DNA from: Chlorokybus atmophyticus
Taxonomy: Eukaryota; Plantae; Mesostigma and Chlorokybus algae
Direction of reading: 5' to 3'
Assembly: GCA_009103225.1 (NCBI GenBank)
Contig: RHPI01002503.1
Location: 188,864 to 252,863 of the forward strand
DNA length: 64,000 nt
Shown piece after piece: positions 44,901-61,585 of the stretch; position 1 is the stretch's first letter, and the number at the start of each line of letters is the position of its first letter. The notes beneath the pieces are model-generated. The model searched no databases and had not been told where the DNA came from. It was given only the letters and a program-made list of their open reading frames with translations. The position numbers and the translations under genes were made by a program.

Positions 44901-47900
44901 ACAAGGTGGAGGAGGAGGAGAAGACGCTTGAGGACACATCTGGAGACAATGAAAGCAAGCCCAGTGCCAAGTACATTGCATCTGACGAGCAGATACAAGG
45001 CTACTACGCTGCTTTGTCCTCCCTTCGCGATGCGTTAGGCTCAATTCAGGCGCCGGACGTATCCGTCCGCACACGCGACATCCCTTGCCAAGGGTTGGAA
45101 TCACCAACTGTGGAGACTCTGTTACAAGAGGCGTGCCGGACGCTGCCGGACTGGCGAACAGCCGAGGAGCGCGCGCGCGACATACCCGAGCCCTTCACCC
45201 TGCAGATATTGAAAAAACCCAAGGCGTCGCGTCCCGTACGCGCACCTGTGCTGCACTTCTCACTCTACACTCCAACTAGTAATAACGGGAGTGCGGAGGA
45301 AGGGGAGATGCAGTACTCGCAGCAGACAAGGTGGGTGGTGCCCGCGCGTGGCAGTGTGCAGGTGGAGGTGCGGTTCGCATCGGCAGAGGTGGGGACCTTT
45401 GAGGAAGCTATTGTGTTTGAGGCGCTGGGAGGGGAGAAGGCGGTGTCGGTCGCGTGTAAGGGAGTCTGCGCGTATCCGCAGATCAGCCAAGACTACCGCA
45501 ATGTGTTCTACCGCAAGGTATGCATAGCATTGGCCTGTGTGCGTGCGTGCGTACGTGCGTGCACGCGATCATACATGAACCTGCGCATATGCGTGTATGC
45601 GTGTGCGGTCATGTTTGCGTGCGCGTTGAACTCTATCTAAACGCCACCCACTGACTGTTGCACTCACAGGTTAAGGTAAGGCCCGCCTCCGCCGCCATAT
45701 CCAAGCAGTACGTTGTCTCCAAAGGCGTTTTCGACTTCGGTCCCTTGTTAGCCGGCAAGTTGCTTCCGCCATCGCGCGCACAAACTCCCTCAAAGGCCGC
45801 CCGCGACTCTTCCGCCGCCGCCGCAGCAGCAGCAGCCGCTCTCCCCTCGCAGCTACCCGAAGCCCAGGTGGCGGAGAACCGCGACCGCTTCCGCATCACC
45901 AACAATGGACTCTTTGACGTGAAGGCGGAGCTGTACTTCAAGAACCAGCGAGAGCAGCAAGGAGAGGCCCCTCAGGGTGCCAAAGAGGGAGCCAAAGGTG
46001 GACCCGCTGCGGGTGCAAAGAAAGGTACAATCAAACCTCCAGAAAGTCTTCCCGTCTTCAGCGTGGACCCTATGGAGATCCTCCTTCGTGTTGACGAGAC
46101 CCGCGACGTTGTTATCAGCGCGTTCCCGTCATCCATTGGTCTCGTCTCCGACATCCTCGTGGTCCGAATTGACTCGAATCCCGTACCCGTGGAGTTCCCC
46201 GTGCAGTGCACCGGCGCCACTCCCGTGCTTGAGGTCGAGGGGGCCGACGTGAAGTTCGAGCGGTTACTTGTTGGACATACTGACAACAAGGAGGTGAAGC
46301 TGAAGAACGCGTCGCTACTGCCACTCAAGTGGAAGATTGTGGGAGGGGAGGGACTACCGGCAGGACTCGCGGTCAGCGAGACGCAGGGAGCACTCGATGC
46401 CGGCGCTGAGACCATTGTTAAGGTGGGCACATTATTTGATGCTATCGTAGAGGTGTGACATACTGTGTTATGAAATCGGGGTGCTGAGTGTATCAGTCAT
46501 GTGCGTGCAGGTCACATTGACAGCCAGTGAGAAGGCTGTGCTGCAGCACAAGATGACGCTGCAAGTGTTTGACAGCCAGGTACGTGTAACTGGACCTGAT
46601 ACGTCTTTGTAGATATGTGCGTGTATGTGTGCCCTGAACTCTGTACGTCGTGTATAGGAGCTGCGTGGGATCGCTCAGGAGGTGCCCATCACCATTGCCG
46701 CCGAGGCGTACAAGATCGAAGTCGACGTGCAGTTCCCCTCGGGACCCGACAAGATGCCTCCTTATGGGGGCCTGGACTTTGGCGTCCTCCGCGTGCAGGT
46801 GCATTTTGGCCCTCCTACATGCACACATAGATTGTGAACTCACAATTGATGTGCACTCGCGCTGACTGCCCTCTTGCTTGTTGCGCTCAGGATGATGCAG
46901 TGCGGACCTTCACCATTGCCAACACCGGCAAGTACCGCATTGGGTTCGCTCTCTCCCTCGGCTCGACCAAACAACAACAACCCCAACCCCAACAGCAGCC
47001 CAATGGTAAAGAGATAGGCAGCCAACTGCCTCTCCCGGCACGGTCGGCAGCTACAGCCATAGAGGGCTTGTTCACTATATCTCCGATGGAGGGCGTGGTG
47101 GAGCCCGGCGCAAAGCAGCCCACCGCCGTCACGGTGCACTTCAACCGCGACAAGCTGCTCGCCAAGGAGGTGGAGCTGCGAGGAAACACGGAGATACAGC
47201 TCGCCATCGTGGAAGTCCTCACTGGAAAGGTGGAAAAGCAAAACGCATTGTCATTGCAGTAACAGCGGGTGTTGATAACGTGTTGGGGATTTTTGCAGAA
47301 GGAGCACATGATGCCTGTGAGGGTGGATTTGCGAGCTGTGTTCAGCAAGTACAACGTGCTGCCAGGTGAGCTTGGTGTGAAATCACTGCAACATTTACCA
47401 TCAGCGCTGAGAGGCAAGATACAGTAATGTTCAGTATTGCCATGTCAATTTGCTTGTAACACCATTGGTGTACTCAACATTTTCTCTCGCGTTCCAGCGC
47501 GAGGCATGAACTTTGGCCCATTGGTGTACAACACCACCTCGAACCCCCGCACCTTTGAGATCCAGAACTCCGGCGAGTTCCCTTTCGCTTACAGTCTTTT
47601 CTCATACGGCGACGGCGGTGCCGACGGATCATCAGACCCTCAACAACAGCAACCGCTCTCGCCGACGTCCCCGGGCCGGCCCGGCACGGCTTCAAAACAA
47701 GCCGCCGCTGCAACGGACCTGCGCTCCCCCGGCGGCACGCGCAAGACCTCCGTCATCGCCGGGTTCAACACGCTGCAGCTGGGGAACTTCTCGCTCACAC
47801 CGTGCTCAGGCACGGTACCCCCGGGCGCAGTACAGCAGGTGTGTGGGATGATGTTGTTGGTATAGAGATGTGTGTGTTGACTGGACTGTCCCACTCACTC

Positions 47901-50900
47901 GACTTGGCTGTTCCAGGTCAGCATTGTGTTCGTGGCGGAGAAGGCTCGTACGTACGTGGAGGTCCTGGGCATAGACATCGCCGGTCGGGACCCCGCAGAC
48001 CATCCTGTAAGCATGCAACAACAACAACACTTATTCAATCATAAACACCCCACCCAACTCACCCACCTCACCCACCTCACCCTACCTCACAGGGTGGCAT
48101 CCCCTACGAGATCGCCGGCGAGTCCTGCATCCCCGGCCTCTCCGCCTCCGACCTCGACGGCATCTTCGAGGAGCAGCGCGTGGTGGCGGCCCTTGACCCC
48201 TTCGACGTCGCGAAAACTGGTGGGGGAGTCTTCTCGAAACGAGAGAGGACGTTCTATTTTGGACCGGCCATCGCGAGGATGAACGCTGCGACGGGGGAGA
48301 AAGCGGAGGGGGGGGCGTTCTCGCACGCAGTACAGGCAAACCTCAAGTACGTGACTGTGCTTGGTACTTTTCGACAGTAACGGTTGTTGGAGGTCTGCTG
48401 TCAACACAACATGCGTTGCAATTTGCTATGAACGCTCACGGTGCTGCTTGAAATTGAATAGTGTTAGTCCTAGTACTGCTAGTAGTAGTAATAGAAGGAG
48501 CACTCGTGCGTGCATGCGTGCGTGCATTACATGTGCTTCAAGTAAAACAAATGTTGCACGTTCAGGTTGACCAATCCCAACAAGGTGGCGACGACTGTCG
48601 AATGCTCTCTCAAACCCAAGCAGCCTTCCGACGGGAAGCCTCAGGACTTCCCTATGGACGTCCAGCCTCGCAAGGTTGAGATCCCTCCCCACGAGCACCG
48701 TTATGTGACTCTCTCCTTCGCTCCAACGGCCATCCAGACCTACTGCGCCGTGTTCGAGGCCGCCGCAGAGAACGGTGGCGGGGACCCGCGCACGAGAGCC
48801 TTCTCGTGCGATGTTGTTGGGGAGGGGTGCCTACCGCACGTATCGATACACACGTCTACGGCGAGTGCGAGTAGTGAGGGAGGGGGTGTGGGGGTGAAGT
48901 TCCCGCGCGTGCTGCCGGGGAAGCGGGTGACCGCGGAGATACGAGTGAAGAACTACGGGACTCTCGCGGCCAAGACCGTGTTGGAGTGGGGCCAACCTAA
49001 CACTAGTGATAATGTGTTTGACATCACACCCAAGGAGGGTCTCACAGCAAGTCTAGAGAGCAACCAGAGTCAAGTGTATGAGGTGTCCTTCGCCCCACGT
49101 GCGCCAGGTCAGTATGCCCACGAGGCCACACTTGTCGTCAAACACAACCCCTTTGAGAGTCAGAAGATTAAGATTAGCGGCGAGTGCTACGTCGAGGACG
49201 TGACCTTTGTTGGGTTACCTGATGGTTATGACGATGAGCTTCACTTTGGCGACGGTGCTGTGGGTGAAGAGAGAACAGTTCAGTTTTTGTTGAAGAATCA
49301 CTCGGGGAGGCTCTGGCGCTTTGCGTGGCCAACGGCAATACAACATGTCACATTCACGCCGGCGATAGGGCACATACACAAGGGTGGTGAGAAGGCTGTC
49401 ACGGCGGTGTTCAGACCTGAGGAGCCTGCTTTCTACAACAACACGGAGGCTTTGCTTGCGTTGAGTGCGATTGAGTATGATGGGGATGTGGTTGAGTGGG
49501 ACGACACGCACACGTCCATGCCTGAGCCGGCGTACCTCCCCGTCGACGGCGGCAAGCTCGACAAGAAGGTTGTGTTGAAGGTCCATGGCGTTGCGGACAA
49601 CGCTCGCTACGAATGCGACGCCAAACCCGTCGTCTTCCGGCCCACCATGATGCACCAAGCACGCACGTACACCTTCCCGCTGAAGAACACCAGCAAGGCC
49701 AAGATGACATTCAACTTCTCCATACTCAAACCAGGAGAGAGAGATACAGCCGATACAACCCAACCTTATACAGTCAAACCTCAAGAGGGTGAGATTGATG
49801 CCGGGGCTGTTGTGGACGTGTGCATCCGTTTTGCTCCTCTTGAGGTGGGAGACTGTGCCCGTGTGTTGGTCTGTGACATGGGTCCGGGTCGTTTAGAGCC
49901 CGGGTTCCAACCCTTGAGGATATCTCTTGATGGGAGAGTGACAAGACCCTGGTGCCACTTTGATCTGCCGGATAGTAATTATCTGTCGGCCGGGAGGAGG
50001 AACCCGGAACTGAGGGGACCGACGGGGACGCTGGGACCGCTGGATCCCAATACGAGGGTCGTGGAGTTCGACTCGCTCGGGACTAAGGTGAAGAGCTTTT
50101 TGAATACAGCTTTTGAAGTAGATGTAGTCTCCCTCTCTGTGCGCGTGTCCACAACTAACAACAACATAGCACATCACTGCACAATTCATACCTCAATGAC
50201 ACGCTACACTATACTCATCCTAGTCACACGCAACACGACACACTAGCCACCTGTCAAACGATGTTGGTAGACTATATACATACTACACTATCCCAGTCGA
50301 GTAGTACTCAAGTTTACTCCACACATCTAATCACCTTCCCACACTGCCTGACACATTGCTTCCCATCTCCCTCCCCTCGGCAGGTCCGCAACACCCGCCG
50401 CTTCTTCGTCCTCAACCCCACCTCCATCTCCTACGAGTTCCACTGGATCGAGCTCACTCCCGACTCCACCTCATCCTCCCTCTCCCCCTTCCGTTGCGCC
50501 AACGCGGCCACGCGAGGTGTTATCACCCCCGGCCGTCGCTACGAGATGGCGTTCGAATACACGCCGGAGGTGGAGGGGACGCAGGAGAGCTTCTGGGAGT
50601 TCAGGATACCGGAAAGGGAGATCGTCGTGCCGTTCCTCATGGTGGGGAGGGTCGTGGAACCGAACGTGGGGTTTGATAGAGCCAATGTCAACTTCAAACA
50701 GGTGAGGGGATACTAGTGATACGCTTTGCAGCTTGTGTGCGTGTCTGTGTGTGTGCCCGCGCACGCGTGCATGTGCATGCCTGTGAGGGCGTATGCACTG
50801 GTGTGTGTCTGTGCACACGCCTGTGCATGTGTGCATGTGTCCCTATATGGCTGGCTTTTCACTGAGCTCCTTATGTCTGAATCAGATCTTGGTTGGTGCT

Positions 50901-53900
50901 AAAGGCAAAGAGTTGATTCACTTAGTCAATGGCGAGCACGTCCCCTTTACCTTCTCCTTAGACCGCTCTTCCTACGACACGGGCGAGTCCTCCCACCCCA
51001 CCTCAACAACAACACCTTTACTAACCTTCTCCCCTTCATCCGGCACGGTCCCCCCCAACTCCTCCCTCCCGATCGAGGTCCTCTTCGCCCCCGCCCACGA
51101 GCGCGCCTTCAACTTCAACGTCACGTGCGCCGTGCGCAAGAAGCCCGCCAAGCTGTCGCTCAACATCAAGGGGGAGGGGTACGCCATACACGACAGTCTG
51201 GTGGTGGAGATGGCGGACGGGCAAGCGGTGCAGCTGGGGAGTGCGAGTGTGAATCAGCTGGATTTTGGACAGGTATGTATGTTTCTACACACATGGGAGG
51301 ATGGCAACTTCTATGCTAATGGCTTGCATTGCAACTGTTGTGTTCAGGTGCTTATCAATGAGAAGAGCAGCAAGAAGCTGTTTTTGGTCAATGCTGGAAG
51401 TATCAACTTTGACTTCGTGTGGGACATCGGCAAGTAAGCGTGCCACAACAGAACTTTGCGTGTGTGCATATGTACGTGTGTACGTATTCGCATGCATGCA
51501 CGTGCGCACGTGCGTGTCCGTGTGCACTAGCGCGTGCGTGTGTGCGTGTGTCTCCTTGTGTGCATGCACGCGCGTTGCTGTCTTCACATGCTCACGCATG
51601 TCCTCCAACAGTGCTGCCTCCGTGACGGTCTCTCCCGCCGCCGGCACCGTCTCCAAAGGCGACCGCATCCCCATCGACCTCACCTTCTCTCCCCGTTTCC
51701 CTGAGTCCCTCGACGCCCTTGTCGCCTGCGCCGTCGTCAACAGCCGCCGCTACCGAATCCGTCTCGCCGGCGTGGGACACAGACCCAAACTCGCCTTCTC
51801 GTTCACGCACCACGACTTCGGCCTTTGCTTCATCGACCAACCGGGACTGATAGCAAAACAAGCGACTCTAGTAGTATCTAACGACGACACCGCAGACATC
51901 TCCTTCGACCTTGTATCAGAACCATCTCCCCACATCAAGATCACATCAACACCAACTGTTCTCTCACCTGGTTCACGAGTGTCTATCCCAGTTGTGTTCA
52001 CGCCTCAAGCGGCGGCGGCGTATAGAGAGATCGCCTCCTTTGACGTGAACGGCCTCTTCACGGTGAATGTTGTGTTTACGGGTGAGGGGACTCCGTTGAA
52101 AGTGGAGTTGTTGGACCCCGTCGCGCAGAAGAACCTGCAGTTCGGGGCGGTGAGGCCGGGACACGAGGTGGTGAGAGTGGTGAAGGTGGTGAATAGGAGC
52201 AGGATCGCGGCCACGGTGTCGATGAGATCGTCGTTGGCAACCATGGAGAGATATGCGATAGCGCTGCGAAACGCCAAAGACACCTTCACGATCAAGTGAG
52301 TGTGCTCTTGCTGGTATGTGTGTGTGTGTGTGCGCGTGTGACTGAGTCTGCATGCGCGCGTGTGCTGGTGACTGTGAACGGGCTTGTGCATGAGCATGCG
52401 AGTGAGCGTCTGCGAACAGGCAGGACTACTTGTGTGTGAGTGTGTGTGCGTACTTGCGCATGCGCGAGTGTGTGTGCGGACGTGTGTGCGGGCGGGCGGG
52501 TGCACGCGCGCACTCGTGTGCGTGTGTCTCTATGCACACGCACATGCTAATCCTCCTCTCCGCCCGCAGACCCAAGGACGTCCTCTCCCTCGACCTTTCT
52601 TTCCACCCCCTCCAGCGCACCCGCCCTTTCTCCGAGGACCTCCTCGTCGAGGTCGCGGGCGTCTCCTTCCCCCTCCTGACGATGTCCGGCGCCTGTCTGG
52701 GGATTGAGGTCAAGCTCGCGGGGGAGAGCCTCCCCTTCGGGACCGTCGTCGATGGGGCGAGAGCGACGAAAAGGATCCAGCTGGAGAATACGGGAGACGT
52801 GAGGACAAAGTTTACGTGGGTGAGTGACAGTGAGTGAGTGGGTGGGTGGGCGTGTAGGTGATCGCGCATCTCTGCATGCCACAAACACACACACACACAC
52901 TCACACACACACATATACACATGCACGCGTGGGCATCTGCGTGCAGAGCCTGCGCGCGTGTGTGCGTGCCTGTGAGTCTGCTGTCATGCTGCTAAAGAGC
53001 ACCACTTGAAGCAAGACTAACAACGCATTCACACATGCACAGGATGTATCAAGTCTCGCCCCCCACTTCAGCATCTCCCCCAGCGACGGTTACGTGGTCC
53101 CCAACGGCGACGCGGTCCTCGAGGTCTCTTTCCACCCTTCCGGTCCCGACCCCGACATACGCGTGGAGCGCGTGGAGTGTAGGATTGACGGCGGGGTCAC
53201 GCAGCACCTCACGCTGACGGGGGCGTGCGCTCCCAGGAGTCAAAATAAGGAGACGGTCGAGTTCACGGCGCCGGCCAGGGGGACCATGGCGAAGAAGCTG
53301 AGGGTGGTGAATGGGAGTAGTGGGGAGTGGGTAGTGAGACCGACGGTGTCGCCGTCCGAACACTGGGCGGGCGCAAGCGAGGTAAGCAACTCTCTTGAAG
53401 CAATGCACTGTTCAGAGTGAACCGATGATCACACACTTGGGCATGGTAGTCGTAGTAGTCGTGTCTGCTTTGCTGGTACTGCTGCTACCACAACCAACAT
53501 GCCGCTGTCAGCGATAGCGACGGTTCTGGCTATGGTAGTAGCAACACCAGTACTACTGGTGTCACAACGTTCACTAATGCTGCCTCCACTACAACTAGCT
53601 ATAACAGCTTCAGCGACTGCTTGCACAGCTCACACTCTTGAGTTCAGTCAACTCAGTCCACTCCTGCAATAGTATCCTGTAGACACCACTGAACTTCACC
53701 TCTCTGTGCAGGTGCTTGTAGTGCCTGCGGGCGGTGCCGCCGAGTACGCCGTCACCTACCGCCCATCCACTATGTCCACCTCCTCATCCCCTCACCTCGG
53801 CACGGCCTTCTTCCCCCTCCCCGACGGCACAGCGATCCTCTACGGTCTCTCCGGCGTAGCCACGGAGCCTCTCTCCGCGGGACCCGTCGTCAAACACGTC

Positions 53901-55150
53901 TTCAAAGCCAAATCAGCGGAGAAGGTGGCTCTGATGGTGGCCAACTGGATGAGTAGACCGCAGCGGTTTCGGGTTGTGGTGGATGTGGAGCCAACGTCCA
54001 CGTCGTCGTTGTCGTCGTCGACGTCGTTGAAAGGTGTGGAGTATATCGACGTGCCGGCGTTGTCGGCGCGCGAGGCTACGCTACGGTTTTATGCGTTTAT
54101 AGAAGGGGTGACTAAGGCGAAGGTGACTTTCATCAACGAGGACACGGGAGAGTACTTGTGGTATACTGTTGAGATTACTGCTTCAGCTCCAGGGATAGTT
54201 GAAGAAAAGACACTCGAGTGTCCCGTGCGCCAACGTGTGATGGAACGGATATCCATCACAAACCCGCTTGGAACCGATGTATCACTCAAAGTTAAGTGCG
54301 ACAGCGGGGCGATATCGGTCTCGGACTCCTTATATATCAAAGCCAGCAGCGAGGGCGCCCTCGATATTGCCTTCAGACCCCTGCTTGCATCCGCATCGGA
54401 CGCATCCCTCGTGTGCGAGTGCCCCGAACTCGGCCGATATCAGTACCTACTTCATCTCAAGGGCGCACCCGCTGGACTCGAGCGAGTAATCAACTTCAAC
54501 GTGCCGTTGGGTGGGAGGCAAACCCAACCCTTCCGTTTCATGCACTACCTGAATGCCAAGGCGGAGTACGCGTGTCGGTTCGGCAACAAGGGACAGTCGG
54601 GCTTTGAGGTGGACCCGACGGTGGTCGGACACGCAGCGGGACCCGAGGGAATTGAGGTCGAGGTTGACATTGCCTTCGAACCCACGCGGATCGGAGACTA
54701 CTTCCAGGATGTGCTCACGGTGTCCAACAATGAAGCAGGAGAACACGTCGTGCCCGTCACGGGACACTGCATCCCTCCCAAACCACAAGTAAAAACCGCA
54801 TCACTATAGTTGACGTGTGTGTCCTCAACACACACGCACAGACGCACGAGCACGCACATACACACACACTCTAACTCTCTCCCCTACAGGGTCCCTTCAC
54901 AATTAAGGCACAGGGGTCTTCAATCTCCTTCAAGAACGTGTTTGCGAAGCAGGTCGACTTCACGTTGGCGGTGGACAACCCCGCGTTCACGGTGAGCAAG
55001 AAGGAGACCATCACGCCCAAGAAGACCGTCTCGCTGGCCGTCTCCTACAAGCCCGTCGCTGGCCAGCCCGCGAACGCAACCAATGGCAAACTTATCGTCA
55101 CGTGCGCTGAGAGTCCAGCGCCGTGGGTGTTCTACCTGCAGGGGCAGTAG
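35990..55150 (+). CDS. HYDIN: Hydin, axonemal central-pair protein (full length, about 36 introns, about 4,800 aa by manual estimate)
   Basis: N-terminal PLFQPFP..ITFANYQPFQEYKATLRLRNND; many tandem ASH/Ig-like repeats (L.N.G..P..F, ..P..G.I.PG); central adenylate-kinase-like region (IVLSGPP); YPQISQDYRNVFY; PWCHFDLPDSNYLS; RRFFVLNPT; C-terminal PWVFYLQGQ*. Confidence 0.95.
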
Positions 55151-56081
55151 AAGAGAAGAAGTAGTAGTAGTAGTAGTAGTAGTTTGTATGGTAGACACAT
55201 TCTTTGTGTAGGAAAGAGTTTAGTGCTCAGCGCTTTGTACAGTTGTATGGGGACCACATGCGGAGTATGGCAGGTAAAGTGCGAGCGCATTGGCTTGCTT
55301 GTTCATCAATGATATCTACGATGGCTTACAATGTTGCTACATGCAACTTGTGGTGATGTGATCTCAGGTGTAACTGTCTGTCCGGCAAATCAACACGTTG
55401 CACATTGTCATTCACTCTGCCTACATTTGTGCGCATGCGCGTGTTCCCAGATGTGCCTCGTCTACTGCATGGGTATGTTGCTTGCTCTGCATCACCACAC
55501 TCGACAACAGCAGGTAATGTCAACATACCACCCAATTCAAAGCAATGAAACACTGTTTTACCAAGGGATGCAGGTCACTGAAGACATTGCACTCTGTGTG
55601 CATATCCTACTTGCTACTGTGTATGCCGATTGAGCCCCCAGATGGGAAAATAGCAATCAGGCAATAATGCATGCAATAATGCAGTTAACAGCAGCGGTCA
55701 TGCGCCACTCCATTTTTTGGTCCACAGCAAGTGAATAAGATACGTAGCCAGTGTCCAGTTTTGCACATATTGTGATGGAGGTGGTAGATATCCCATCAGC
55801 AGACACCTAGCCATGGTTACGGCTCCGACAAAGGACTTCAACGTCAACCCAAAACAACTAGTCTTAGACCAGATGCAGGCCCATTAACATCTTGCTCCTG
55901 CAAAGTGACGGCCTTGCATGTACGTGTGTTGTCAAATTGAAACCTCTCAACATGCAGATACAGTCTCAGATGCATGTGACATTGCAACAGACGCTGCACA
56001 AGCTCAAACTCTAAGCGCGCAACACTAAATTGAACACTGCTGTACACTATGTTGACAACAAACACAATCATAAAACAGCTG

Positions 56082-59000
56082 TTAACTCCTGTCTGCTTGC
56101 CCTATCGTCAGTGCCGGCACCGGTTCTATCGACGGCGGGCCTCCCCTACCGCCTGAACCTTCCTCGGGCTGCAGTAGCTCTGCCTCAGGGATGGTCGGTT
56201 GCTGAAAACCGTGCTTGAACTTGTCGTAATTGTTCATCTCTGCGCTCTTGTAGGGCCTCTCACCCAGAATACTGATCAAATCCTCTTGGTTTACCACCTG
56301 ACGACAAACAACAGTGTAAACAAACGACTCTCGTCATGTGTCACATAAAGTATACATGAAATTCTGCCCGAGTCAGAGGCATGATTTGCCTGCTAAGCAG
56401 ACAAAGTTCAAGCGGGTCACCTCTTTGGCCAGCAGTGTCTGTGCGAGCTTCTCAACGCCCTCTTTGTTCTCCTTGAGAAGCTTAAGCGTTCGCTCATAAG
56501 CTTCATCAACCATCTCTCGCACTTCTTGGTCAATCATGCGACTGGTCTCTTCACTGTACGGCTTCTGGAACTCTGCATCTTGCTTTGGAGGAAATGACAA
56601 CAGGCCGATGCGTTTGCTGAAACCATAAATGGCAACTTGCGAGTAAGCCAGCTTAGTAATCTTCTCAAGGTCGTTTTGTGCGCCAGTTGAGATCTTTCCC
56701 AGCATGACCTCCTCAGCAGCCCGCCCACCAAGTGTCATGCAGATCATGTCCAACAGCTGTTCTCGTGTCAACAGCAGATTTTCGCTTGGTAGGTACTGCG
56801 CGAAGCCCAGGGCTGCAGTGCCACGCGGTACAATGGAAACCTTCAGCAGCGGCTCCGCATATTGCAAAAACCAGCCAGCTACAGCGTGCCCAGCCTCGTG
56901 GTATGCCACTGTCCTGCGCTCCTCCTTGCTGATGACTTTGTTCTTCTTCTCAAGCCCGCCAATCACACGATCCACAGCCGACTCAAAGTCTATCATGTCT
57001 ACCTTGAGTTTGTTGCCACGAGCTGCAATCAGAGCAGCCTCATTACACACATTGGCTATGTCAGCGCCAGCAAACCCTGGGGTCAATGCTGCCATCCGCT
57101 GCGAGTAGTACTCCACCGGCTGATCCAACTTGAGCTTGGCTAGATATATCCTGAATATGTGTTCCCGCCCATTGATATCGGGCCTGTCGATGCTGATCTG
57201 TCGGTCAAACCTTCCAGGTCGCAGCAAGGCCTTGTCAAGGATGTCAGGCCTGTTTGTGCCAGCTAGGACTACAATGCCAGACTTGGTGCTGAAGCCATCC
57301 ATCTCAACCAGCAGCTGATTCAGAGTGTTCTCCCTTTCATCATTTCCGCCAGCAAACCCACCACGTCCACGCGCCCGTCCAATGGCATCAATCTCATCTA
57401 TAAAAATGATGCTCGGGCTGCGTTGGCGCGCTTGTGCAAACAGATCCCTTACTCGTGACGGGCCAACTCCCACAAACATCTCCATGAAGTCTGACCCGCT
57501 GATGGACAGGAAGGGCACACCTGCCTCGCCGGCTGTTGCTTTGGCAAGCAGCGTCTTCCCCGTGCCAGGTGGACCAACCAGCAAAGCTCCTTTGGGAATC
57601 TTAGCACCCAGATCCTTGAAGCGTGCAGGGCTCTTCAGGAACTCCACAAACTCCATGACTTCCTGCTTTGCCTCATCACAACCAGCAACATCCTTGAAGG
57701 TAACCTTGGACTTGGCATTCTTGTCAACAATCGTCACCTGATAAAAACACAGGCTTGAGCACTTGACTGCATGATACCACTTGCAATTGTCCAGCAGCTT
57801 GACCAATCCATACCTGAGCTTTGCCAACATTGAAAATGCCACGAGCACCACCTCCGCCACCACCACCCATCCCGCCCATGCCAGTTTGTATCTTACGCGT
57901 GACCCAAAAGAAGGCAGTCAGCATCAAGATCGTGGGTGCTATGCGCAGCAGCTCTTGCAGCCAACTGAGCTCTGTGACGTAAGTCACTGGCACAAAATTG
58001 CGCGGGTTTATGCCCAACCCATCCTCAGCATCTTCCAGCTTGCGCTCGAAGGAGTCAACACTACACATCCCATCGCAGGTCAGCATGCCATTTGCAATAT
58101 ACTACAAAGGCAGTAGAAAGCACGCAAAGTTACCTTCCAATGTTGAAGTAATACTTGTACTGACTGGTTGCCTTTGCCCCAGTGAGTTCGCCATCTGAAG
58201 CTGAAGGCTTGACATAGACTTTGGCCAAATTCTTGTTCACTACCTCTATGCGATCAACAAGCCCAGCCTCCAACAACTTGTTTTTGAAAGTCTGGAAGCT
58301 TATTTCTTGTGCATCGCTCCTCCCATTGAAGGTGGACGCTCCCGCCAGTGCTAGTATCCCAACCGACATTAGTATAGAACTCAATTTGTCATACATGCTG
58401 GCTGTATCTGTTGATTTAGCGCCCTCTGCTTTTGCTTCGCCCGCTGCAAAAAACAATACGTGTAAGTACCAGGACACAACGACTGGGCAGACTCAGTGCG
58501 TTAACTGGTGGTTGCTTGTTGAGCTTGCCTTTGGCTTCAGCCTCTGCATTCTTTGGTAGCTTCGGTCGATTTTTGGGGTAATAGCTCTCCCACTTTCTCT
58601 TCGGCCCTTCTGTGGAACACCATCTTCGGCCAGAAGGAGGTAGCTGTTGCAAATCATGAGGTGAGTACTAACTTCTTCCAAGGCATATGCGCACGTCTAC
58701 AAGTTGGAAGCACTGGCACTGAGAGAAGGCAGGGCAACAAACCTACAGCACACAAGATGTTGCAAAGGAGATGCACACACGAGATAAAAGCACACAAAAT
58801 TGACATCACGCAAACCAGATAAATACTGGCAAGCACCAACATGCGAGCATGCACAGCGTACACACCACAGCAGTGTGTGCTCACTGGGCTTTAGCATGCC
58901 ACATGTAAACCAAACCGTTGATGAATGCAAAAACGTCAGCACAGTGTAAGGATCAACTTACATGCCGCAAGCGCGGTAACGCTGGTAGATGAGGCGCGGA

Positions 59001-59216
59001 CACATTCGACTGGTGCCTGCATGCTCTGGTAGCGTAGCTTCGCGCGGCCCGTGCAAAAACCCTCTGCAGCGTCGTCGCCGACGCACCCACCCCTACCCCA
59101 GCAGCGGCGGCAGCCAACCCGCCAGCTGAGGAGCTGCACGCCAGCTGCCCAGAGGCCAAGCGCTCCTGCGTCAGCCGCGCCACCAGCGCCAGCGCTCGCC
59201 TACCAGACCCTGCCAT
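56082..59216 (-). CDS. ftsH: Mitochondrial m-AAA zinc metalloprotease (FtsH3/FtsH10, AFG3L2 type)
   Basis: Arg/Ala-rich presequence, [43 protein letters not shown], Walker A GPPGTGKT, Walker [19 protein letters not shown], zinc motif [13 protein letters not shown]. Confidence 0.97.
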
Positions 59217-59340
59217 GCTAGCACCAGCCCCTCAACACCAGCGACCAGCTCCAAGCAGCGGCCTCAGCGGGCACACCCCACCCCCACCGCCTCGCCGCCC
59301 GCGCACAGCGCCACGTACACCCACACTAGCCTGAGCTTTG

Positions 59341-59349
59341 AAACCCTAA
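59341..59349 (+). promoter_or_regulatory. Telo-box motif AAACCCTAA in the divergent promoter between ftsH and the small plus-strand gene
   Basis: Exact AAACCCTAA, 125 nt upstream of the ftsH ATG. Function not demonstrated. Confidence 0.4.
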
Positions 59350-59672
59350 TTCTAACCCTCACTCTCCGGAACGTGCGAGTGCCCGCCCGCGTAACTCCCC
59401 GATAGGCCGCAGCGCGCGCACCAAGCTCTGCTGTTTCCCGCGTGTGGGGCGTCACCACCGAAAACGGCAAACGGGATGACATCTAACCATTTGCCAGTCG
59501 CCGTTTGCACGCCGTCCTGTCACCCTGCGTGAGCTATTTTTATCGCAGGACGTGGCGTAACGCGGCGGCGGCGGCGGCGGTGGACGAGGAGGACGAGAAG
59601 GAGACGGAGACGTAACTGGAGGTAGACGTGGAGGGTAAAGTGGTGAGGGCTTGATTAGGCAGTTCTGTTGAT

Positions 59673-61585
<1,913 letters not shown>

